From Alphaproteobacteria bacterium (lineage in GTDB: Bacteria; Pseudomonadota; Alphaproteobacteria; CACIAM-22H2), in assembly GCA_016124335.1 (NCBI GenBank), contig WGNX01000005.1:475524-539523 (forward strand): DNA of 64,000 nucleotides, read 5' to 3'. Below are positions 57,542 through 64,000 of the stretch, in pieces. Positions within the stretch are counted from its first letter, which is position 1. Each line of letters starts with the position of its first letter. Under the pieces are notes generated by a model. The model saw only the letters and a list, made by a program, of their open reading frames with translations. It made no database searches and was not told where the DNA came from. Position numbers and translations under genes: made by a program.

Positions 57542-57613
57542 TACGATTAAATCGTAAACCCCTTGACTCGGGGGCGGGGGCGTGCGATTTATATCGCACG
57601 CGATTTAATCGCG
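57542..57613. promoter_or_regulatory. ohrR-ohr intergenic operator region with three AT-rich palindromes
   Basis: TACGATT-A-AATCGTA (57542-57556), GTGCGAT-TTAT-ATCGCAC (57582-57599) and CGCGATT-T-AATCGCG (57599-57613). Confidence 0.5.
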
Positions 57614-57638
57614 AACGATTTAAAGAAAGGAACCTCCC

Positions 57639-58073
57639 ATGTCCGTCTCCGCAGTCAATGTCGTCTACCGCACCTCCGCGCGCGCCACCGGCGGGCGCGA
57701 CGGCCATTCCGCCACGCTCGACGGGGCCGTCGACGTGAAGCTCGCCGTACCGAAGGAAATGGGCGGCAACGGGCAGGGCGTGAATCCCGAGCAGCTGTTC
57801 GCGACCGGCTATGCGGCCTGCTTCCTGGGCGCGATGAAGTTCGTCGCCTCGCAGGGTGGCACGGCGAAGGTGCCGGCCGAAGCGAGCGTGACCTCGACGG
57901 TGGGCATCGGCCCGCGCGCGGCCGGCGGCTTCGGGCTGGAGATCGCGCTGGCGGTTGAACTACCCGGCGTGCCCCGTGCGGAGGCCGAAGCGCTGGTCGC
58001 CAAGGCGCACGAGGTCTGCCCCTACTCGAACGCCACGCGCGACAATATCGACGTGAAGCTGTCGGTCGTCTGA
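57639..58073 (+). CDS. ohr: Organic hydroperoxide resistance protein Ohr (OsmC/Ohr family)
   Basis: 144 aa. Catalytic Cys motifs GYAACF and VCPYSNA. AAGGAA RBS. Confidence 0.9.
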   Translation: MSVSAVNVVYRTSARATGGRDGHSATLDGAVDVKLAVPKEMGGNGQGVNPEQLFATGYAACFLGAMKFVASQGGTAKVPAEASVTSTVGIGPRAAGGFGLEIALAVELPGVPRAEAEALVAKAHEVCPYSNATRDNIDVKLSVV

Positions 58074-58184
58074 CACGGCGGCGCCGGCCGGGCCTGCGGC
58101 GGGCCCGGCCGCGCGTTCCTCGAAACGCGTGGCAATGCCGCCAAAGGCGCTATGATCCGCCCCCTCAAGGGGACGGAGACGCGC

Positions 58185-59876
58185 ATGGACGGCAAACCGA
58201 AAGGCCTCGGCAAGGGGCTCACCAATTACGGCGACATGGATTTCGCGCACTTCCTTCGCCGCTCGTTCGCGCGCTCGACCGGCATGTCGAAGTCGCTGCT
58301 CGAAAAACCCGTCGTCGGCATCGTGATGACGCCGTCGGGCTTCAACAACTGCCACCGCTACATGCCCGCACTCGTCGAAGCGGTCTCGCGCGGCGTGCTC
58401 GCGGCCGGCGCCACGCCGATGCCGTTTCCCACGATCTCGCTGGGCGAGGTGTTCCTCAGCCCCACCTCGATGAAGTTCCGCAACCTCATGTCGATGGACA
58501 CCGAGGAGATGATCCTCGCCCAGCCGGTCGATGCGGTCGTGCTGATCGGCGGCTGCGACAAGACCGTGCCTGCCCAGCTGATGGGGGCCGCTTCGGCCGA
58601 CGTGCCGGCCATCCAGCTCGTCACCGGGCCGATGTCGACCGGCCGCCATCGCGGCCAGCGTCTGGGGGCCTGCACCGACTGCCGCAGCTTCTGGGCGAAA
58701 TACCGCGCCGGCACCGTGAATGCCGAGGAGATCGAGGAGGTCGAGGGTCGCCTTGCCGTCACTGCGGGAACCTGCGCGGTGATGGGCACGGCCTCGACGA
58801 TGGCCTGCATCGCCGAAACGCTGGGCATGAGCCTGCCGGGCACGGCGGCGATCCCGGCGGTGCTGGCCGAGCGGCTTGTGGCGGCGGAGGAAAGCGGGAA
58901 GGCGGCGGTCGCGCTCATCGACCGGCCGATCAAGCCCTCCCAGGTCATCACCGGGAAATCGGTCGAGAACGCGTTTCGCCTGCTGATGGCGGTGGGCGGG
59001 TCGACCAACGCGATCGTGCATCTGACGGCGATCGCCGGCCGGCGCGGCATCCGCATTCCGAACCGCCGCCTCAACGAGATTTCCGACGAGACGCCCGTGC
59101 TGGTCGACCTGAAGCCGGTGGGCGAGGGCTATATGGAGGATTTCCATGCTGCCGGCGGCGTGGGTGCGGTCTTGCGCGAACTCAAGCCGCTTCTGCATCT
59201 CGACACGATCGACATCGAAGGGCGCACGCTCGCCGAACGGCTTGCCGAGCCGCTCAAATGGGTCGACCGCAACTTCATCCGCGCGTTCGACAACCCGATC
59301 TCCAAAGTTGGCGGGCTGATCGCGCTCGAAGGCACGCTTGCGCCCGACGGCGCCATCTTCAAGCGCGCGGCCGCCACGCCGGCCCTGTTCGAGACGACCG
59401 GTCGCGCGGTCGTGTTCGAGAATCTCGAGGATCTCTCGCGCCGCGTGGACGATCCGGCCCTCGACGTGAAGGCAGACGACATTCTCGTCCTGAAGAATGC
59501 CGGGCCCATCGCGGCGGGCATGCCCGAGGCGGGTTACCTGCCCATCCCGAAGAAACTCGCGCAGGCGGGCGTGAAGGACATGGTGCGGATTTCCGATGCG
59601 CGCATGTCGGGCACGGCGTTCGGCACGATCGTGCTGCACGTGTCGCCCGAATCGGCCGTCGGCGGCCCGCTCGCCGCCGTGCGCGACGGCGACACGATCC
59701 GCCTGTCGGTCAAGGACAAGCGCATCGACCTGCTGGTCGACCCGGCCGAAATCCGAAATCGCCTTGCCGGCGTGAAGCGGCCGCCCGCACCCCGGCGCGG
59801 CTATGGCGCGCTCTATGACCGTTCGGTGCTGCAGGCGCCCGGCGGCTGCGACTTCGATTTCCTGACCGGCGATTGA
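58185..59876 (+). CDS. IlvD/Edd family dehydratase (sugar-acid dehydratase-like)
   Basis: ORF 58152..59876 trimmed to MDGKPKGLG (GGACGGAG upstream). Fe-S region GGCDKTVPAQLMGA. Length 563 aa. Confidence 0.85.
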   Translation: MDGKPKGLGKGLTNYGDMDFAHFLRRSFARSTGMSKSLLEKPVVGIVMTPSGFNNCHRYMPALVEAVSRGVLAAGATPMPFPTISLGEVFLSPTSMKFRNLMSMDTEEMILAQPVDAVVLIGGCDKTVPAQLMGAASADVPAIQLVTGPMSTGRHRGQRLGACTDCRSFWAKYRAGTVNAEEIEEVEGRLAVTAGTCAVMGTASTMACIAETLGMSLPGTAAIPAVLAERLVAAEESGKAAVALIDRPIKPSQVITGKSVENAFRLLMAVGGSTNAIVHLTAIAGRRGIRIPNRRLNEISDETPVLVDLKPVGEGYMEDFHAAGGVGAVLRELKPLLHLDTIDIEGRTLAERLAEPLKWVDRNFIRAFDNPISKVGGLIALEGTLAPDGAIFKRAAATPALFETTGRAVVFENLEDLSRRVDDPALDVKADDILVLKNAGPIAAGMPEAGYLPIPKKLAQAGVKDMVRISDARMSGTAFGTIVLHVSPESAVGGPLAAVRDGDTIRLSVKDKRIDLLVDPAEIRNRLAGVKRPPAPRRGYGALYDRSVLQAPGGCDFDFLTGD

Positions 59877-60040
59877 AATCGACGTCAGGGTTGCATTTCC
59901 GCCTCGCGCTGCTAGGATAAAGTTCTGGACGCGTGGCCGCAACGCGCCGTCGCCGGTTTTCACGCGACAGGTTACATCCGTTTAATTTCAATGGCTTAAA
60001 TTGGTTACGTCGCCTTTCCGTCGCCGGAAAATTCACGCCC

Positions 60041-60070
60041 TTGACAAAATGAATGAACGTTCATTTTATA
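60041..60070 (+). promoter_or_regulatory. Candidate tetR-efflux promoter with embedded palindromic operator
   Basis: TTGACA (60041-60046), then an 18-nt spacer containing the perfect palindrome AATGAACGTTCATT (60052-60065), which overlaps a TTTATA -10-like element (60065-60070). The tetR ATG is at 60077. Confidence 0.4.
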
Positions 60071-60076
60071 CCGGCC

Positions 60077-60694
60077 ATGCCGCGCCTCGCCCCCCAGTCC
60101 CGCGCCGACCGCCGAACGCAGATTCTCGATGCCGCGAAGACCTGCTTCGTGCGCTTCGGATTCCACAACGCGTCGATGCAGCAGATCTGCGCGGCCGCGG
60201 GCATGAGTGCGGGCAATCTCTACCGCTACTTCCCCTCGAAGGACGCGCTGATCGAAGGCATCTGCGAACGCGACCTCGGCGGCGCCGCGGAGGGATTTGC
60301 CGAAGCGCGCCGTGCCAGCGACGTGCTGGACGTGCTCGAAAAGATGCTCGTCGGCTATCTCTGGCGTCGGCCGCGCGAAGACCTTTGCATGTGGACGGAA
60401 ATCTCGGCCGAAGCGGCGCGCAACGAGGCCGTGAACCGCATCAATCGCCATATCTACGACTTCATCATCAAGAGCGTTGCCGACGTGCTGGCGCAGGGCA
60501 TCGCCAACGGGTCGGTGCGCAAGGGCATCGACACGCACCGGCAGGCGACGCTGCTGCAGGCATTTTTTGACGGCGTCATGCTGCGTCGGGCCGTCATGCC
60601 GGAATTCGATCCGCGCCCGGCCATCCGGACCATGATGGCGCAGGTGCGCGGCTCGCTCGGTCCCGTCGCCAAGAAGAAGAGCAAGCCGAAATGA
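60077..60694 (+). CDS. TetR family transcriptional regulator
   Basis: ORF 60053..60694 trimmed to MPRLAPQSRADRRTQILDAA. HTH ICAAAGMSAGNLYRYFPSKDAL. ATGA-type overlap with the MFP start. Confidence 0.85.
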   Translation: MPRLAPQSRADRRTQILDAAKTCFVRFGFHNASMQQICAAAGMSAGNLYRYFPSKDALIEGICERDLGGAAEGFAEARRASDVLDVLEKMLVGYLWRRPREDLCMWTEISAEAARNEAVNRINRHIYDFIIKSVADVLAQGIANGSVRKGIDTHRQATLLQAFFDGVMLRRAVMPEFDPRPAIRTMMAQVRGSLGPVAKKKSKPK

Positions 60695-61854
60695 TACGTC
60701 TGGCCGCACTTTCCGTTTTTCTCGTCCTGTCGGCGGCTATGCCGGCGCATGCGCAGGCCACGCAGGGCAATCCGCCGCCTGCGGTTTCAGTCGTCGTGTC
60801 CGCCGTGCGCGAGCTTGTCGACACGGTCGAGGTCACCGGCACGCTTGTCCCGCGCGAGGAAGTGCTGGTCGTTTCCGAGAACGAGGGCGTGCGTATCGTC
60901 GACGTGCTGGTCGAGGAAGGCGACGAGGTGCGCGAGGGCCAGATTCTCGCACGGCTGTCGCGCGACCTGCTGGATGCCCAGCTCGCGCAGAACGCCGCCA
61001 CGCTCGCCCGCGCCGATGCCTCGATTGCCCAGGCACGCGCCCAGATCGTGCAGGCCGAAGCCGCGGGCCTGGAAGCAAAGCAGGCGCTCGATCGCGCGCG
61101 GTCGCTGCGCAATTCCGGCAACGCCACCGAGGCGGTGCTCGAACAGCGCATTTCCGCCGCCCGCTCGGCCGAGGGAAGGCTCGCCGCCGCGCGCGACGGT
61201 CTTTCCTTTGCCGTCGCCGAGAAGGCGCAGATCGAAGCGCAGAAGCGCGAATTGATGGTGCGCGCCGAACGCAGCGAGGTGAAGGCGCCCCGTGCCGGCG
61301 TCATCTCGCGCCGCACCGCCCGCATCGGCCAGATGACGGTTGCGGGCGGCGAGCCGCTTTTCCGCATTGTCGCGGACGGCAAGATCGAGCTTGAGGCCGA
61401 GATTCTCGAAACGCGCGTGGCAAGCCTTGCCGAAGGGCAGGCGGCGCATGTCGTCGTGGGCAATGCCACGTACGAAGGCAGCGTGCGGCTGGTGCCGGCG
61501 GAAATCGACCGCACGACCCGGCTGGGCAAGCTGCGCGTGGCACTGCCGCGCGATCCGGCGCTGCGCATCGGCGCGTTCGCGCGTGCGACGATCGAAACCG
61601 CGCGCCGCACGGCCATCGCCGTTCCGGTGACCGCGATCGTCTACGCCGATGCAGGCCCGAGCGTGCAGGTCGTCGAAGGTTCGAAGATCGCGACGCGGCC
61701 GGTCGTCACCGGCCTCGTCGCGGACGGTTACGTCGAGATCCGCGAGGGCCTGCCCACCGATCAGCGCGTGGTCGCGCGCGCAGCCGCCTTCCTGCGCGCG
61801 GGCGACGAGGTGCGCGCGATCCTGGCACCCGCAACGCCGGCCGGGGCGCGCTGA
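60691..61854 (+). CDS. RND efflux membrane fusion protein (HlyD/AcrA family)
   Basis: 387 aa. Signal peptide MIRLAALSVFLVLSAAMPAHA. Coiled-coil hairpin flanked by lipoyl and beta-barrel segments (VKAPRAGVIS). Confidence 0.85.
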   Translation: MIRLAALSVFLVLSAAMPAHAQATQGNPPPAVSVVVSAVRELVDTVEVTGTLVPREEVLVVSENEGVRIVDVLVEEGDEVREGQILARLSRDLLDAQLAQNAATLARADASIAQARAQIVQAEAAGLEAKQALDRARSLRNSGNATEAVLEQRISAARSAEGRLAAARDGLSFAVAEKAQIEAQKRELMVRAERSEVKAPRAGVISRRTARIGQMTVAGGEPLFRIVADGKIELEAEILETRVASLAEGQAAHVVVGNATYEGSVRLVPAEIDRTTRLGKLRVALPRDPALRIGAFARATIETARRTAIAVPVTAIVYADAGPSVQVVEGSKIATRPVVTGLVADGYVEIREGLPTDQRVVARAAAFLRAGDEVRAILAPATPAGAR

Positions 61855-61855
61855 C

Positions 61856-64000
61856 ATGGCCTTTCCCGTTTCCGCATGGGCGATCCGTCGCCCACTGCCC
61901 TCGATCGTGCTGTTCGTCGTGCTGACGATCCTTGGCCTCTACGGCTTCGCGAAACTGCCGATCACGCGCTTTCCCAATATCGACGCGCCCTTCGTGAACG
62001 TGACGGTCACCCAGTCGGGGGCCGCGCCTTCCGAGCTTGAAACGCAGGTCACCAAGAAGATCGAGGATGCCATCGCCGGCGTGACCGGCATCAAGCACAT
62101 CACGTCGACCGTGACCGAGGGAAACTCGTCCACGACGGTCGAATTCCGCCTCGAGACGCAGGTCGACCGCGCGCTCAACGACGTGAAGGACGCCATCGCG
62201 CGCATCCGTCAGGACCTGCCGCGCACGATCGACGAGCCGGTCGTCCAGCGCATCGATATCGCGGGCCTTCCTATTGTCACGTACACCGCGCGCGCTCCGC
62301 AGATGTCGGTCGAGGAGTTGTCGTGGTTCGTGGACGATGTCGTCGCGCGCGACCTGCAGGGCGTGCGTGACGTGGCGAAGATCGAGCGCGTGGGCGGGGT
62401 GGAACGCGAGATCCGCGTGACCCTCGATCCCGACCGGCTGGCCGCCTTCGGCGTGACGGCGGCCGACGTGAACCGCCAGCTTCGCGCCACGCATGTCGAC
62501 CTGTCGGGCGGGCGTGGCGAGGTGGGGGCGGCCGAACAGTCGATCCGCACGCTTGCCGGCACCGATTCGCTCGCCGAGCTTTCCGAGACCGCGATCGCGC
62601 TGCCCGGCGGCCGCAAGGTCCGGCTCGCCAACCTCGGCACGGTCGTCGACGGCCATGCGGAAATGCGCAGCTTCGCGCGCATCGACGGCGAGCCGGTCGT
62701 CGCCTTCGCGATCAGCCGCTCGAAGGGAGCAAGCGATGCCGTGCTGGCAAAGGCGGTCGCCACGCGCGTCGCGGCACTCCAGCTCCGTCATCCCGAAGTG
62801 ACGCTGTCGCCGATCGACAGTTCGGTCACCTACACGCTGGGCAACTATCACTCGGCGATGGAAACGCTGATGGAGGGCGCGGGGCTGGCGGTCATTGTCG
62901 TGCTGGTGTTCCTGCGCAACTGGCGTGCGACCCTGATAACCGCGCTTGCCCTGCCGCTTGCGGTCATCCCGACCTTCTGGGCGATGGACCTGATGGGATT
63001 TTCGCTCAATCTCGTCTCGCTGCTGGCGATCACGCTGGTGACCGGAATCCTGGTCGACGACGCGATCGTCGAGATCGAGAACATCGCCCGCCACATGCAG
63101 ATGGGCAAATCGCCCTGGCGCGCGGCACTCGAGGCGGCCGACGAAATCGGCCTTGCGGTCGTCGCGATCACGCTGACGATCGTGGCGGTCTTCGCGCCGG
63201 TCAGCTTCATGGGCGGAATCGCGGGCCAGTATTTCAAGCAGTTCGGCCTTGTGGTCGCGGCGGCCGTGCTGTTTTCGCTGCTGGTGGCGCGGCTCATCAC
63301 GCCGATGCTGGCGGCCTATTTCATGCGGCCGATCGCCGTGCATGGCGGTGCCGAAGGCCCGGTCATGCGCGCCTATCTCCGGCTCGTGGGCTGGTCGTCG
63401 CGCCATCGCTTCCTGACCGTCCTCATCGGGCTTGGCCTGTTTGCGGGTTCCATCGTCTCGACCGCGCTGCTGCCGTCGGGCTTCCTGCCGGGCGAAGACG
63501 TCGCGCGCACGCTGATGGTGGTCGAACTGCCGCCGGGCGCGCGGCTCGCCGATACCGACGCGATGACCCGGCGTATCGTCGACCGGTTGCACCAGCGGCC
63601 GGAGGTGAAGTCCGTCTTTGTCGATGGCGGGCGCACGCCCAATGGCGGGCGCGAGGTCCGCCGTGCGACGCTGACGATCCAATTCGTCCACAAGACGCTG
63701 CGCGCCAAGACCCAGAAGCGGCTCGAGGCGGAAATCCTGCGCGAACTTGCCGACATTCCCGACATCCGCTTCTGGCGGCTCAACGAGAACGGCCAGCGCG
63801 GCCTGACGTTGCTCGTCACCGGCGAAGACACGCGTATCACCGGCGCCATCGCCAACCGGCTTGCCAGCGAGATGCGCACGATGCCCACTGTGCAGGGCGT
63901 CATCTCGACCGCGGCACTCGACCGGGCGGAGATCCGCATCCGGCCGCGCCCCGACCTTGCGGCCGAACTGGGTGTCTCGACCGACACGATCGCCGAAACG
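61856..64000 (+). CDS. RND efflux permease (AcrB/AcrD/AcrF family), 3'-truncated by the window end
   Basis: Not in the ORF track because it has no stop in the window. I translated it by hand from the ATG at 61856: MAFPVSAWAIRRPLPSIVLFVVLTILGLYGFAKLPITRFPNIDAPFVNVTVTQSG... The frame is still open at 64000 (..AELGVSTDTIAET). I did not hand-check every codon for stops. Confidence 0.85.
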   Translation, partial: MAFPVSAWAIRRPLPSIVLFVVLTILGLYGFAKLPITRFPNIDAPFVNVTVTQSGAAPSELETQVTKKIEDAIAGVTGIKHITSTVTEGNSSTTVEFRLETQVDRALNDVKDAIARIRQDLPRTIDEPVVQRIDIAGLPIVTYTARAPQMSVEELSWFVDDVVARDLQGVRDVAKIERVGGVEREIRVTLDPDRLAAFGVTAADVNRQLRATHVDLSGGRGEVGAAEQSIRTLAGTDSLAELSETAIALPGGRKVRLANLGTVVDGHAEMRSFARIDGEPVVAFAISRSKGASDAVLAKAVATRVAALQLRHPEVTLSPIDSSVTYTLGNYHSAMETLMEGAGLAVIVVLVFLRNWRATLITALALPLAVIPTFWAMDLMGFSLNLVSLLAITLVTGILVDDAIVEIENIARHMQMGKSPWRAALEAADEIGLAVVAITLTIVAVFAPVSFMGGIAGQYFKQFGLVVAAAVLFSLLVARLITPMLAAYFMRPIAVHGGAEGPVMRAYLRLVGWSSRHRFLTVLIGLGLFAGSIVSTALLPSGFLPGEDVARTLMVVELPPGARLADTDAMTRRIVDRLHQRPEVKSVFVDGGRTPNGGREVRRATLTIQFVHKTLRAKTQKRLEAEILRELADIPDIRFWRLNENGQRGLTLLVTGEDTRITGAIANRLASEMRTMPTVQGVISTAALDRAEIRIRPRPDLAAELGVSTDTIAET

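Noticed and set aside
56271-57707. 478-aa minus-strand ORF
   Set aside because: It spans the aldolase gene in antisense and ohrR in another frame, and has no motifs.
58074-58130. GC-rich hairpin (CGGCCGGGCC...GGCCCGGCCG) after ohr as a terminator
   Set aside because: It has a perfect 10-bp stem but no downstream T-tract, so I cannot support it as an intrinsic terminator from sequence alone.
57960-59963. 667-aa minus-strand ORF
   Set aside because: Antisense to the IlvD/Edd-family dehydratase.
60053-60076. Longer TetR model starting at MNVHFIPA (60053)
   Set aside because: That start lies inside the predicted promoter and operator palindrome. MPRLAPQ at 60077 matches typical TetR N-termini.
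60787-63691. Minus-strand ORFs 60787..61857 (356 aa) and 61706..63691 (661 aa)
   Set aside because: Antisense to the MFP and RND efflux genes.

Overview
Very G+C-rich chromosomal segment. It is most likely alphaproteobacterial, an inference from RegB/RegA, a DUF2336 protein and the aroA-cmk-rpsA-sppA-ihfB-lapA block. All calls come from reading the sequence and ORF track and from remembered family motifs; no searches were run. Many long ORFs in the track are antisense or frame shadows typical of high-GC DNA and were discarded, and many real genes needed their 5' ends trimmed.

Contents in order:
- 1-14.9 kb: cobalamin cluster. It holds His-tailed long-form cbiX, cbiB, and a riboswitch-led, translationally coupled cobP-cobW-cobN-cobO-cobQ operon. 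cobC-cobS and cobT lie further on, and a secreted protein and a 6-TM chemoreceptor are embedded in the cluster.
- 15-19.5 kb: a LysR regulator, an ABC-2 exporter pair and regB-regA.
- 19.5-24.2 kb: a small envelope-polysaccharide group (GT-C-like membrane protein, priming sugar-phosphate transferase, UDP-glucuronate decarboxylase).
- 24.2-26.7 kb: a degenerate EAL-like protein plus a DUF2336 protein.
- 26.8-35.9 kb: housekeeping block with rlmJ, a tandem cold-shock-domain protein carrying an RGG/GW linker, an ornithine cyclodeaminase-family gene, lapA-like, ihfB, sppA, rpsA, cmk, aroA, a zinc-ribbon protein and tRNA-Ala(GGC).
- 35.9-39.0 kb: a roughly 3.1-kb lower-GC islet next to the tRNA. 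It encodes an overlapping HTH-Dcm-like methyltransferase, Vsr and an EcoRII-like endonuclease.
- 39-48.2 kb: panE-like, amt, an oxidoreductase, a MetE-like protein, a LysR regulator, a PilZ mini-protein, a TrmH-family methyltransferase and a TGS-less thrS.
- 48.2-51.9 kb: an uncharacterised three-gene cassette, made of two full-length paralogues of unknown family plus an internally duplicated 443-aa pentapeptide-repeat protein. This is my best candidate for an undescribed system.
- 51.9-64 kb: an RRM protein, a CheY-like receiver, a TRAP transporter, a class II aldolase, ohrR-ohr, an IlvD/Edd-family dehydratase and a tetR-MFP-RND efflux operon. The RND gene runs off the window end.

I saw no rRNA, CRISPR array, transposase or integrase.
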